Shown here: positions 28,201 to 37,995 of the stretch, piece by piece | How the letters are laid out: every line of letters starts with the position of its first letter | How positions within the stretch are numbered: position 1 is the stretch's first letter | Virus record (IMG/VR): IMGVR_UViG_3300016486_001578 | DNA: 64,000 nt | Reading direction: 5' to 3' (one strand) | Source: a virus | Taxonomy: Duplodnaviria > Caudoviricetes | Translations under genes and position numbers: made by a program | The notes under the pieces: model-generated | Told to the model about the DNA's origin: nothing | The model's database searches: none | Seen by the model: only the letters and a program-made list of their open reading frames with translations

Positions 28201-30284
28201 GTATAATATGTTGCTGTTGTATTATATGACCAATCATTGTCTAATGGTGTTGATACAAAAGCAGACATTTCAATTCCTCTTTTATAGAAACTATTTCCTA
28301 TTGACACATCTCCTTCATAAAAATCAACATACTCTGTCCAAGTTGATAATTTAAACCTTTTATTGAAAAAGTTAAGCGGGAATCTAGACTCATCATTTAG
28401 TTTTAATTTAAGATAAAAGTTATCACCGATTTTTAATTTATTATAGCTATCTTCAGATATATAAAATTTATATATTTTATGTGTTACTTTTGGTATTCCT
28501 GATATTAAATTTGCTGCTAATTCATCATATCCTAATATTTCTATATTCTCATCACTTAAATATTTAGAATCTTTTATTAATGACTCTCTATAGTTTGAAT
28601 TTATAGATTTTATATTATCAAATTTTGAATTATCTGATCTAGAATTTATTACATCAGTGTTTTTTATATAACCAGTTTCTAACAAACTATTTATTATAAC
28701 ACCACCATTTATATTAAATGTGTAATTGCTTTGTGTTCCTAATTCATGATTTTCTAATATAGAATATGTTACCCCGTTTCCTAATATAGAATTATATATC
28801 GTTCCATTATTAAATATTATATCATTTATATCAGAATCTATAACATAATTATAACCCCACCCATTATTGTTTGGTGCTCTTAATTTTTGATATGGTAAAT
28901 CATCTTTAAACTCTGATACATGACTATCAGGTAGAGTATAAATAGAATCCATGGTCCCGGATTCCCAATTCGCATTCATTAATGTTCCTAAGTTCCAGGT
29001 GGCTGGGTATCCTTCCCATTTTATTCTTTTGTCTTGTGTTCCAAAAATACCAGAGTTCCAATCTCCTTTGAAATTACCTTCTCTAAAGTTACTTTTAGAT
29101 ATAAAGGCCTCATCATATTCTTTGTTTATCACCCATTTTGATGATAATTCGTCATATTTATATACTTTTCCTTCTTTGAATTCAACTACCTCACCACTCA
29201 TTGAGTATGTTAAATTTCCGTTGTTTATTCTAAGGTTGCCATTTGTGATGTATGATGTGTTTAGAGCATCTGAATAAGATCCCACTATTAAGTCTGATGT
29301 TATATCCATCCAAACTTGCTCATCATCTTTTACAAAAAAACCATCAGATGGTATTCCACCATTTGCTCCCCATCCACCAATTGGGGCATAACTTGTGTTT
29401 GAATAAACTATATTATTGTGATTTTTATTAAATTTATAACTAAATGAAGCACCCCTTGTTGTTATTTGTTGGTTAAAATATTTATAATCATCTTCATTAT
29501 CAATTATATATAAGTTTATGAAATTATCGACCTCATCATACTTAAATGGTGACTCTCCGGTATAGTCTATATCTAGTGCTATTTTACACTTATCTATGAA
29601 TAAAACTTTGTAACCATCTCTTTTTGCTCTGTATTTATTCTCTTCAATTAAAGAACCACTATCATAATTTCCATTTAATATAAATACTCTATCACCTTCT
29701 TTTAATCCGGTATTAACTTCTGTGTAAAATAATGTCTTATCAAATCCTTTATATTTATAAGGCTCTACCCAATTTAATAATCTAGGACTACTTGATTTAT
29801 CATTTTCTATTTTTAGACCATCAAATGGGTCATTTATATTCTCTATTGTTTTATTTGGTGAAATGTCTTTTACACCAACTAAATTTATGTTATTTCCAAA
29901 TTTAAACATATCCAATGCACTTAATAGGCTTGGTTTCTTTAAAATTATTTCCCTTAGTGTCGGTTTTTTAAATGGTATATATGTTATGTTATTTATCTTG
30001 GTTTTACCTATGATTATACTTAGTGCGTCATCTTGGTATTTTAGGTTTTTCAAATCTAATCTAGTCTTGTCTAACCTATTTTTATCATCATTATAATTAA
30101 CCAGTTCATTTAGTGATAAGTTAAATATTTTTGATATCCTTCTTAGTAAGAAATTATTAGGTAATATTATACCCTTTTCTATTCTAACGTATCTTTTTTT
30201 GAACATTTTGAGACTATTGGACATCTCTTTTATAGAAATATTCTTACTCTCTCTTATTTTCTTAATATTTGAACCGATTGACAT
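25233..30284 (-). CDS. Large pentapeptide-repeat putative virion protein with N-terminal XRE-like HTH
   Basis: N-terminus IGSNIKKIRESKNISIKEMS...RIEKG...ISKIFNLSLNEL; many W-x-x-G-x-F repeats. Confidence 0.65.
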   Translation of the reverse strand: MSIGSNIKKIRESKNISIKEMSNSLKMFKKRYVRIEKGIILPNNFLLRRISKIFNLSLNELVNYNDDKNRLDKTRLDLKNLKYQDDALSIIIGKTKINNITYIPFKKPTLREIILKKPSLLSALDMFKFGNNINLVGVKDISPNKTIENINDPFDGLKIENDKSSSPRLLNWVEPYKYKGFDKTLFYTEVNTGLKEGDRVFILNGNYDSGSLIEENKYRAKRDGYKVLFIDKCKIALDIDYTGESPFKYDEVDNFINLYIIDNEDDYKYFNQQITTRGASFSYKFNKNHNNIVYSNTSYAPIGGWGANGGIPSDGFFVKDDEQVWMDITSDLIVGSYSDALNTSYITNGNLRINNGNLTYSMSGEVVEFKEGKVYKYDELSSKWVINKEYDEAFISKSNFREGNFKGDWNSGIFGTQDKRIKWEGYPATWNLGTLMNANWESGTMDSIYTLPDSHVSEFKDDLPYQKLRAPNNNGWGYNYVIDSDINDIIFNNGTIYNSILGNGVTYSILENHELGTQSNYTFNINGGVIINSLLETGYIKNTDVINSRSDNSKFDNIKSINSNYRESLIKDSKYLSDENIEILGYDELAANLISGIPKVTHKIYKFYISEDSYNKLKIGDNFYLKLKLNDESRFPLNFFNKRFKLSTWTEYVDFYEGDVSIGNSFYKRGIEMSAFVSTPLDNDWSYNTTATYYTKVIEENLEKKYSIDIFVSIVDIDSNPISGGVNSPSSEISNYGLELNNDISLSATSSNTLTNKIRNIVDISNASIVNADFESGKIETSDWISGDHIEFNNDVVMWDGLSQNGEYNITPITSSSILEITTNSGFSSGNFESTTDSLKKGNIVYLNNVYYEDNTGNMTKLGDTYKINNDDFKITGILSIKEIKTNIISTLLDTSGTFSSPDTNIRYGYVHSTKIDSSKIKSGIFRRSYITNSLIENDDFITTRALPMNSDSIKSLVVSDSLFKDTGNILSKSTYLHSSFNNGSDEFKNGVVFRSIWKGLTFSNGIFRESTWFNGTFDDGIFYDNRSFNGLPNTKYGYYDMDRIKSYYKSGETTSANNRYSWRNGWFNGGNMLKSDWENGTFVGGKFAYSKFYNGEIHGGIIGDKNIRSIDTSIYNAYIEYTTVENANILASDVSEYGLSGSTIFWNDGVFNDGVFGTNYGVYFINWYSDDTNNLDKLNEYSLNFNFGTFNNTGNISYYLKIYTDIFELDTPMTNVNELIDAIINSYGFIESEINGTTLNLTLPFICGDLEFLVYENGSLINTFPFNVVNTYKDTLNVYLNNNTSTSATVNNSIALPIKFGNFKRNANFWSIVDGGSGSISINQAIFLDGTNFTIADDSGVYEQSSYVQFKKKKSGNEATWNNGSFNGGEFISMAKWENGTFNGGKFTSGYGWTNSNSISDGASYSWRNGTFNDGIFGNESTGTNSTWFEGTFNGGKFVGRVWNRGEFKYGYFNGSGTTSAHGGSSPSDNASIFVNSFTQSYYGLWRDGSVSDVDDKSNKIKRTKKEAIFENALWLSGDFKHDNSYFRNSVWLDGIFKRGNFIESSFNPYVLRNGSFSPSFNLDDSTCYWENGKLNNSDFYISHWRNGVFDIGSSYGMIWENGICEYMNAFNIFWKNGIWKNGNWNGSYVSYDGMVDDDFQRELIFRGMSWSENSNCHLWNIFQESGTQYSYFGGNSTGLSA

Positions 30285-30369
30285 TTATGAAGGAACTTTT
30301 TGTTATATATTATATTTCAATTAGTTTCTATGAAACATAAACAATTTGTAGTATATTTGTATAAAAATT

Positions 30370-30501
30370 ATGGACTTTAAAAAATTATTAAATAAGTGGA
30401 ATATAAATTGTGATATCAATTTAATCCTATCTATGTGGAATGAGCCAAATAGACACTATCATAATTTAACACACCTCTATGAGTGCATCATTATAAATTG
30501 A
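30370..30501 (+). pseudogene. 5' fragment of an HD-domain phosphohydrolase, broken at an inversion breakpoint
   Basis: MDFKKLLNKW...MWNEPNRHYHNLTH with its own TATATTTG box; continues in frame into 58484-57912 (-) if the intervening segment is inverted. Confidence 0.85.
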
Positions 30502-30792
30502 TTTTTCATCTTTTATAATATCATCATATAATTTTTTTGCTGATTTTAAAACCTCCTCTCCTCTTTTGTAGGGATCTGGTCCAAGATCAAATTTGAATTT
30601 TTCTTGGACTTCAGACCACTTAGTTCGTTTATTGGTGTTATTATCAATAAAGTCATACATATCGACACAATGTATGTCAACCTTGAGTCCTTTTGTGCTT
30701 GTGACGTAGTTATCTTCATCATCTAGATATGAGTATGCTCCATCATAATATCCTGGCTTAGGCTCTACCGAAATAGGTATTCCACCGTGCAT
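30466..30792 (-). pseudogene. 5' part of a hypothetical gene, broken at the inversion breakpoint
   Basis: ...KSIYNDALIE joins in frame to MLKKVELGW... at 58485 (+) after inversion. Confidence 0.7.
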
Positions 30793-30851
30793 TCTTTATT
30801 AGAATACAAATATATATATATTTATATTGAGTATTCCTAATTTTGTTCAAT

Positions 30852-31256
30852 TTATTTTAATAATTCTGAAACTAATCTATTAACAAGTCCTCTATCCGCA
30901 GGTAAATTTGCAAATTCTTTCATGAATTGACCCATATTTTTAGCACCAGATTCGTGTAATGAGTTAACTTTTTCACGAATTTCATCTTCTGTCATTTGTT
31001 TTGGTAAATAACTTTCGATTATACTAAGCTCTAAAATTGACTTTTCATCATTAGAAATGGAAATGGTTTCTTTTAGAGATTTTCCCAATTTATTTAAAAT
31101 TTTAGTAACTTCTCTATCAGATAGTCCCTCAGATCTCTTATTTTTCTCAATAGTTTGTATTTCTGCTTTAACAACAGAAAGTAAACTCTTCTTAACCATT
31201 TCTCTGCTCTTAAAAGCAACTATGAAATCTTTGTTAATTTTTTCTTTTAAAGTCAT
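30852..31256 (-). CDS. GatB/YqeY domain protein
   Basis: LKEKINKDFIVAFKSRE...IIESYLPKQMTEDEI...MGQFMK. Confidence 0.88.
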   Translation of the reverse strand: MTLKEKINKDFIVAFKSREMVKKSLLSVVKAEIQTIEKNKRSEGLSDREVTKILNKLGKSLKETISISNDEKSILELSIIESYLPKQMTEDEIREKVNSLHESGAKNMGQFMKEFANLPADRGLVNRLVSELLK

Positions 31257-31731
31257 TTTATTTTATTTTATTTGTTTATTAATTAAAAAATATAAAAGTT
31301 TGGAACTTCTAATAAGGTTGGTCGGAATCCTAGAACCTTCTAATTAATGTATAATTAGAATTTAATCCTTATTTTTTAGTGAACTAATCACTTGGAATTA
31401 CCTTTTAATGGCTTTCGCCTTCTTTAAGTAGTGTTACCATTCTACTAATCTTTAACTTTTATACGTTGGAATTATTTCTATATTATATCATTATTATACT
31501 CAAACACCAACATATCTGAGCACCACACCTTTCTATCTTATCTTTCCACGGGAAATGGCACTCCTGAATGTAGGAATCCAAAAACCCGCCAAGGTAGTTC
31601 ATTGTTTTTTATTAAAGTGTGTTAATTTATTTACCAACTACTTACTACCATTTCGTATTCTTATACAAAGATACACCAAAAGTTTCTAATAAAAAATAAA
31701 AAAGGATTTATTTTTCTTAATATATAATAAT

Positions 31732-33330
31732 ATGAAATTTTTATCAGTATATGAGGCATTTAAATCGAATACGCTATCTAAAGTACAGAAATTTATTAAA
31801 AAAAATCTAGACAAAAGAGCTGGTGATTTGTTCCTTGATCAAATAAAATCAATGGGACATAAACTAGATTTACCAATTAGTGAGATTGAAGAAAATGATA
31901 TAACTTATTTAAATTCTAGCTTAGCAAAAAAGGTAAAAATACCCGAGGGGTGGGTTGGCTCGGGTGATGATGCTATCTATGCTATTAAATTTTGGTTTTC
32001 CTTAAAGGATGGATACTTAGGAAAAACAGGAATAGGAAATAAAAAAATTAGATTCGAAAGAGGAAATCCTTCAGAAAAATTCACAGAAATAGATTTTGAT
32101 TACATAAAAAGAACATTGGGAATAAAAACTGGAAAATTAGTTCCTGTTAATAATAACACATTTCATGATTTAGAAACAGGAGACAAAATAATTGCCTTTT
32201 ATGGTGATGGAAGATCACATAGAAGATTGGGTCCTGGAGTTATATTTATTGACACAAGCAGTGGACAAAAGCATGTGTATGCAATACAGGAGTTATCAGG
32301 AGGTGGGGAGCCAAGTATATCAGGCTGGAAACAATTTGGTGAAATGAGTTGGAATATAGGAAATTACAATGGAAAAAGTTCTGACAACGCATGTCTCCAT
32401 AGGTATATAGAGAATGATGATCCGATAGAAAACTCATATAATGAAGAAAAAAATGAGAATATTCTAGATTTTAATCTACCAATCAGAAGCCATAGCCGTT
32501 GGGATAATCATCGGTGGGAATTATATAATTGGCATAATTTACACGAAGGAGGTCACAAAATAATAAAAAATTCAGATTATTGCGTAATTCTAAATTTAGA
32601 TAATATATTAGAAAGGACAGAAAAGGTATCAGAAATAGGTAAAAAAAGAAATGATTCCAGAAAAGGAGCCACATTTTTGATGAGTGATGAAGAATTGAAA
32701 AATATCAACATAGTTAAATTTTTAACAAAAATACTTAACTCAATGGGTATAAATAAAGATTTAGATAAAAGTAATAATTTAAAAAATCTTAAAAAGATAA
32801 TAAAAAGGTCTGTGTGTGTTGAATTTCCAGTAATATCAATAATAACAAGAGCAGATGATGTAATTTCTACATTTATATCAAGACTTCGTGAATTATTGAG
32901 AACAGAAACCAAAGAAATAAAGAAGCAACATTTAAATAGGATGATGTCTGATTATAGAGAACAATCAATAATAGTTACAAAAATGTCTACTCAATATAAG
33001 TTGGTATATGATGCTCTATCAAAAAATGAAAACGAAAATATAAAAACTTTTATTGGTATAATAAAGGATATAGATGAATTGATAATAAATTACTTAGAAA
33101 AATCCGATGTTAATACCATAATGGAATTTAAATCTATTCAATATAAATTCAATTATATTAAAAGTTTTTTAAATGATGGTTATTTTGATTTAAAAATAGT
33201 AAATATACTATCTAAAATAACCAGTAGCAATGGCTCAGCAGTAATAGGTTATATAAACGACCATGGAGTATCCGATGAGGAGATAGAAAAATTAGAAAAA
33301 ATAAAATTACACATAAAATCAATATTATAA
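31732..33330 (+). CDS. Hypothetical protein (tandem paralog A)
   Basis: 532 aa; shares YEAFKS, YAIKFWFSL-x-DGYLGKT, LGIKTG, KGA-x-x-x-MSD-x-E with the next ORF. Confidence 0.8.
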   Translation: MKFLSVYEAFKSNTLSKVQKFIKKNLDKRAGDLFLDQIKSMGHKLDLPISEIEENDITYLNSSLAKKVKIPEGWVGSGDDAIYAIKFWFSLKDGYLGKTGIGNKKIRFERGNPSEKFTEIDFDYIKRTLGIKTGKLVPVNNNTFHDLETGDKIIAFYGDGRSHRRLGPGVIFIDTSSGQKHVYAIQELSGGGEPSISGWKQFGEMSWNIGNYNGKSSDNACLHRYIENDDPIENSYNEEKNENILDFNLPIRSHSRWDNHRWELYNWHNLHEGGHKIIKNSDYCVILNLDNILERTEKVSEIGKKRNDSRKGATFLMSDEELKNINIVKFLTKILNSMGINKDLDKSNNLKNLKKIIKRSVCVEFPVISIITRADDVISTFISRLRELLRTETKEIKKQHLNRMMSDYREQSIIVTKMSTQYKLVYDALSKNENENIKTFIGIIKDIDELIINYLEKSDVNTIMEFKSIQYKFNYIKSFLNDGYFDLKIVNILSKITSSNGSAVIGYINDHGVSDEEIEKLEKIKLHIKSIL

Positions 33331-33334
33331 TATA

Positions 33335-34870
33335 ATGAGACACTTACTTATATACGAAGCATTTAAATCAAAGACCATATCAGCTATTACTAAATTTCTT
33401 AGTAAGAATATGAAGAAGGATGATATTGATTCTTTTTTATCAGAAATGGTAAAGATAGGTAACTCATATGATTTAACAATAAGTGAAGTTTCGGACGAAG
33501 ATATATCATATCTAAATTATAAAAAAGCAATAGAAATAAAAAAACCAGAAGATTGGAAAGGGACCGAAGGAGAAGTATATGCTATAAAATTTTGGTTCTC
33601 ATTAGAAGATGGGTATTTAGGAAAAACAGCGATTGGTAATCCAACTTCTATAAGATCATCAAGAAATCAATATGGGGAAAATGAAATTTTTACACAAGAA
33701 GAAATAGGCCACATAAAGGAAGGACTTGGTATTAAAACCGGTAGTATATCACTAGTAACTGATTATGAATCATTAAGAACTGGTGATGTTGTTTTAGTTA
33801 GCTTAACAGATAGTCACCGTGGGCAATCCATAATGGAAAACATAACAAAAGGCACTATTTTTTTATATAGTGGGGTAATTTATATAATACAAAATAGCCA
33901 TGATGGTAATAGACCAGGAGGCGATTGGCAACAATATGGATATGGACATCAAGCTTGGAAAGTCGGTAGTGATCATAGAAAATTACACTATTATAGAGAA
34001 AGTACTAGTGAATTAGGATATGATGAAGGTGATGATCCAAAAAATTGGAATTTACCAATGTCTGGTTCATCAATAAAAGGTGGATATCCGAGTGATAGTA
34101 TGTTAAATAAATCCAATTTTTGTGTTGTTTTTAATTTATATGAATTCATGAACAAGCCAAACAAAAAAAGATATGAAATAAAAAATAAAAGAAAGGAAGA
34201 GAAAAGGGGCGCTTCTATATTTATGAGTGATGATGAAATAAAAGACATAAGGGTAAATGATTACTTAACAAAGATATTAAATAATATGGGAATAACTATT
34301 GATCCCAGTGTTAGTGAAATGAAAAACCTAAATAGCGTTATAAAAAAAGCCATATGTTTTAAATATCCAACATACTCTATAATATCTGGTAGATATTCGT
34401 TTAGCTCAGTAACCTTCTTGAAAGAGTTTTCGGAATATCTATCACATTTTTTAAAAAATAAAGATGATGATAGATTTTTTAAGGATTTTATTTCTAAATA
34501 TAAAGAATTATCATTATCATCCATACAATTCTCCAAAAATATTAAAGGTCTTAATGAAAAAGTTTCAAAATTAGAAAAAGGTAGTTATGCATATAAGGCT
34601 TTCCAAATAATTGGTGAGATTGATGAAATGATAATTAAATATCTAGAAACCGAAATAAATACCATAAATGATTTTAAATCGGTGTATCATAAATTTATAT
34701 ACATAAAATCTATATTCAGTGATGAAGATATAAGGCCAGACTTTTATTATATAATTAATGACATAAGATCATCAGGATCATTTAACCCAATAGATAACCA
34801 CCCATTTAGCCAAAATGATGTAGATAAAATGGAAAAGATTAAAAAATATATAGAATCAGTTATCTATTAG
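33335..34870 (+). CDS. Hypothetical protein (tandem paralog B)
   Basis: 511 aa; same conserved blocks. Confidence 0.8.
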   Translation: MRHLLIYEAFKSKTISAITKFLSKNMKKDDIDSFLSEMVKIGNSYDLTISEVSDEDISYLNYKKAIEIKKPEDWKGTEGEVYAIKFWFSLEDGYLGKTAIGNPTSIRSSRNQYGENEIFTQEEIGHIKEGLGIKTGSISLVTDYESLRTGDVVLVSLTDSHRGQSIMENITKGTIFLYSGVIYIIQNSHDGNRPGGDWQQYGYGHQAWKVGSDHRKLHYYRESTSELGYDEGDDPKNWNLPMSGSSIKGGYPSDSMLNKSNFCVVFNLYEFMNKPNKKRYEIKNKRKEEKRGASIFMSDDEIKDIRVNDYLTKILNNMGITIDPSVSEMKNLNSVIKKAICFKYPTYSIISGRYSFSSVTFLKEFSEYLSHFLKNKDDDRFFKDFISKYKELSLSSIQFSKNIKGLNEKVSKLEKGSYAYKAFQIIGEIDEMIIKYLETEINTINDFKSVYHKFIYIKSIFSDEDIRPDFYYIINDIRSSGSFNPIDNHPFSQNDVDKMEKIKKYIESVIY

Positions 34871-35305
34871 ATAGCTCTCTATTCATTTCCCTTTTAATAT
34901 CTTTCTCTTTTATTGTATTTTTCTTATCCCAAAGTTTTTACCCTTAACTATTGCAATTTTTACTTTTATTCTATTTCTAGAAGTGAATAAACTAACAGGA
35001 ACACAAGTTATGCCCTTTGTTATAAGTGACTTATGAATCTTTGAGATTTGTTTCTTTGTAAGTAATAGTTTTTTATCTCTATTTTCTTCATGTTTTTCGC
35101 TAGCATGTGAGTGTTTATATCTAGTTATTTTCATATTCTTTATCCAAGCTGAGTTTCCATCAATGTGAACAAATGAATCTATAATAGAAACGTCTCCTTT
35201 TCTAATACTTTTAACCTCAGCACCAGTTAATACAATACCCGCATCATATTCATCTAAGATGAAATATTCATATCTAACTTTTCTATTTAATGATATATTA
35301 CCCAT
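34860..35305 (-). CDS. smpB: SsrA-binding protein SmpB (one-base frameshift near 34937)
   Basis: NRKVRYEY, AGIVLTGAEVKSIR, RDKKLLL; adding one A restores the canonical tail KGKKLWDKKNTIKEKDIKREMNR. Confidence 0.9.
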
Positions 35306-35347
35306 TCTTCAAATTTAACAATAAATTAGTAATTTACCAAAATATTA

Positions 35348-35584
35348 CTAGAATAAATTAGTAATTGATGATAATATTCTATCTTTTAAAGATTTTTTTG
35401 GAGTCTCAATATAACTTGGTGGTGTATATGATCTCTTTGTAGTGCCATCTATTATCATAATACCACTATCATTGATATATGATAATTCATACCCAAAGTG
35501 TTTTATTATTTCAGTAACTTTCCTTTTGGTTATTAACTTATTTTTCCATAAGTACCAAACATTTTGTAGTATTGCGCTTGCCAT
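35348..35584 (-). CDS. Hypothetical protein
   Basis: 78-aa ORF in the trx-smpB gene run. Confidence 0.55.
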   Translation of the reverse strand: MASAILQNVWYLWKNKLITKRKVTEIIKHFGYELSYINDSGIMIIDGTTKRSYTPPSYIETPKKSLKDRILSSITNLF

Positions 35585-35587
35585 TTT

Positions 35588-35908
35588 TTATAAATTTTTA
35601 TCGATTAATTCTGCTATTTTTTGCTTAGTTGTTGATCCTACTATTCTATCAATTAACTCACCATCTTTATAAATTAATAAAGTTGGTATACTTCTAATTC
35701 CTAAGTCTGTTGTTGTTCCTCCATTATTATCTGCGTTTAATTTACCCACAGAAACTTGTCCTTTATATTCTACTGACAATTCATCAACAAAGGGACCAAT
35801 TACTTTACAAGGCCCACACCAAGGTGCGAATATATCAATCAAAACTACACCTTCTTTGGTGAATTCGGTAAAATTATCATCAGTTAATTCTGTTATATAT
35901 GCTATCAT
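35588..35908 (-). CDS. trxA: Thioredoxin
   Basis: WCGPC, IRSIPTL. Confidence 0.95.
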   Translation of the reverse strand: MIAYITELTDDNFTEFTKEGVVLIDIFAPWCGPCKVIGPFVDELSVEYKGQVSVGKLNADNNGGTTTDLGIRSIPTLLIYKDGELIDRIVGSTTKQKIAELIDKNL

Positions 35909-35950
35909 ATTGTATATTTTCTTTTTTATATTAATTTTTGAATAAGAAGT

Positions 35951-37225
35951 TTAGAACATAGTATAATTATGTCTAGTTCGGTTTCTTTTCTGACTAGTTG
36001 GATATAGTATATTCGAAGCCTTACTTTCGTTTCTTGGGTGTGTGCTTTCTACCCTAACTGCTAATTCCATTAATAATTTATCTGTTTCGCCTATCTCTGA
36101 GTCTTTATCTAATTTTAGTTTCTCTAAAATAGAAATTGCTATTTTTGGATCTTCATATAAAGATAATACTTTCCTAACCAACCTAACTTGTTCCTTAAAA
36201 TTATACCCCTTTAAATTTCTTATAGAAGCAGGAGCATATTCTATTAACCTACTCATTAGTCCTATATCCTCTTTATTACCCATCATATCATCAGACATAT
36301 AATCTGATTCACTAAATATAGGTCCAAGTGATTTATATACTTCTGATAATTCCTTATTACCATAAATATTCCTCATAAAAAATAGAAATTGTCTACTATC
36401 ACTCATACGATTAAATACAGATGCACCTAGTAATTCTTCCAGGACATCTTCGGTTTTATCTGAATATAATTCATATATGGTATCAGGACAATTGTATAAA
36501 TTCCTCGCCATATTGGTCTTATCTTTGTTTTCTCTTATTAAAAAGTGTTGACCAAGTATATTATGATATTTTATAAATAAATCTTTATACTTATCCTTAA
36601 AACCATGTCTAACTGTATCCTTGAACTTAACACTTAATGCCTTAGAACACATCATTAACTCAAATTTTTCTAAATTAGTATTTAATTCTTTAGACTTTTT
36701 AGCAATTCGTATTGCTGTATGAGCGGGAGTAGTCATTGTAGAAACTTTTAAGTTACCAGAATTTAAAAAATCTTCGAAATCTTTCTCCCAATAAATTTTA
36801 TCTTCATCAATAGAATAACCAACCCTTGTCGCATTTATATCAAATGCTTTAATAACAACACCTGGGTCTTTGGTATTTGACTCATAGCTTATGTTATTAA
36901 ACACACCATCATTTTCTGCTTCTAATATTCTATAATATTCTTTAGTTTCATATATAGTATGAATACCACTATATTCATTATACTCATAATCAACATTGGT
37001 ATCAATATATTCGAAGATTTTTTTATCTATTGTCTCCTTTTCAAATTCTTTAATTTCTGTTAAATTAAAAATATCAATGTCATTTACAACGGCTTTGTTT
37101 CCACTGACAAGTTCCCAAATAATGTTAGCTAATGAGCCACCAGCTAGTAATCCACTATCTGGTAGTCCATATTTTTCTTTTATTATAGAAACTGCTTCTC
37201 TTCCTAATTTTTCTACATCTATCAC
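35951..37225 (-). CDS. Nucleotidyltransferase-superfamily protein (poly(A) polymerase/CCA-like head)
   Basis: LLAGGSLAN...NDIDIF and FDINATRVG motifs. Confidence 0.55.
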   Translation of the reverse strand: MIDVEKLGREAVSIIKEKYGLPDSGLLAGGSLANIIWELVSGNKAVVNDIDIFNLTEIKEFEKETIDKKIFEYIDTNVDYEYNEYSGIHTIYETKEYYRILEAENDGVFNNISYESNTKDPGVVIKAFDINATRVGYSIDEDKIYWEKDFEDFLNSGNLKVSTMTTPAHTAIRIAKKSKELNTNLEKFELMMCSKALSVKFKDTVRHGFKDKYKDLFIKYHNILGQHFLIRENKDKTNMARNLYNCPDTIYELYSDKTEDVLEELLGASVFNRMSDSRQFLFFMRNIYGNKELSEVYKSLGPIFSESDYMSDDMMGNKEDIGLMSRLIEYAPASIRNLKGYNFKEQVRLVRKVLSLYEDPKIAISILEKLKLDKDSEIGETDKLLMELAVRVESTHPRNESKASNILYPTSQKRNRTRHNYTMF

Positions 37226-37828
37226 TTATAGATACATTTCGTCTAGTTTATTAAATTCTTTTTCGGTCTTAGCCATCAAGATATGTCTACCATTTCTTAT
37301 TTGACTTTTTATTGTTGATAAGTTCTTACCCAATTGTTCGGCTATATCTTTATATGCCATTTTTTGGATTTCTCTCATTTCTATAACAGTTCTATATGGT
37401 TCTTTTAAATCTTCCATATACTTTTTCATTATATTGGCTTTTCTAAGTGTTACATCATGTTCTATCTCTAGATCATCTTCACCATCTGTTATAAAGTCCT
37501 TCATTGTGGTTCCCTCATTGTCGTATTCAACATCCAGAGATATGGACCTTTTGCTTATTTTTAATTCTTGTAGGGATAAATTCTTAGCGATAGTGAATAA
37601 CCATGTTGAAAATTGTGCCTTTTCTCGGTTATATTTTTCTATTTTTTCTAATGCTATTATGAATGCTTCTGCTGAAATATCCTCTGCTTTTTGTGTATCA
37701 TTTAAGATTCTTGACGTAAAATATACCAACTTTGGGTAGTATTTGTCGTATTGTGAGGTAAAAGTTTTACCTGTTTGTTCTATGAACATTTTTTCCTTTT
37801 CGGAAAACATTTGTACGTTTGATTCCAT
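37226..37828 (-). CDS. ECF-type sigma-70 factor
   Basis: Region 2 AEDISAEAF...FSTWLFTIAKN; region 4 YKDIAEQLGKNLSTIKSQIRNGR. Confidence 0.92.
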   Translation of the reverse strand: MESNVQMFSEKEKMFIEQTGKTFTSQYDKYYPKLVYFTSRILNDTQKAEDISAEAFIIALEKIEKYNREKAQFSTWLFTIAKNLSLQELKISKRSISLDVEYDNEGTTMKDFITDGEDDLEIEHDVTLRKANIMKKYMEDLKEPYRTVIEMREIQKMAYKDIAEQLGKNLSTIKSQIRNGRHILMAKTEKEFNKLDEMYL

Positions 37829-37872
37829 TTATTGCCTTTAATTTTTATTTATTGCCTTTAATTTTTATTTAT
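37828..37872. repeat. 20-bp tandem duplication directly upstream of the sigma start codon
   Basis: TTTATTGCCTTTAATTTTTA x2 plus a partial third copy. Confidence 0.85.
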
Positions 37873-37995
37873 AAATAGATTCATTATCTATTTATTTTGT
37901 TTTAATTTACTTTATATTGCCGTCTAATTTATAGTAATATATATTAAAAAGTTTGCTTTTCTTAGGCTATATTTTTTGTAAATTTTATGAAATAA

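Noticed and set aside
30464-30491. dif/XerCD-like site at the left inversion breakpoint (ATTTAACACAC)
   Set aside because: Only the XerD-like arm resembles dif; the XerC arm does not, and the two breakpoints lack an identical 6-bp spacer.
31270-31680. GC-richer intergenic patch downstream of a TATCTTTG box (- strand), possible tmRNA, ncRNA or decayed gene
   Set aside because: No tRNA-like ends, tag ORF or convincing stems were identified by eye; only short broken frames.
34930-34945. Programmed -1 frameshift in smpB (T AAA AAC) and in the endonuclease near 38698 (T AAA AAG)
   Set aside because: Similar single-base losses occur near 38128, 58663 and 61897 in unrelated genes, mostly in homopolymers. 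Sequencing indels are the simpler explanation; read polishing would settle it.
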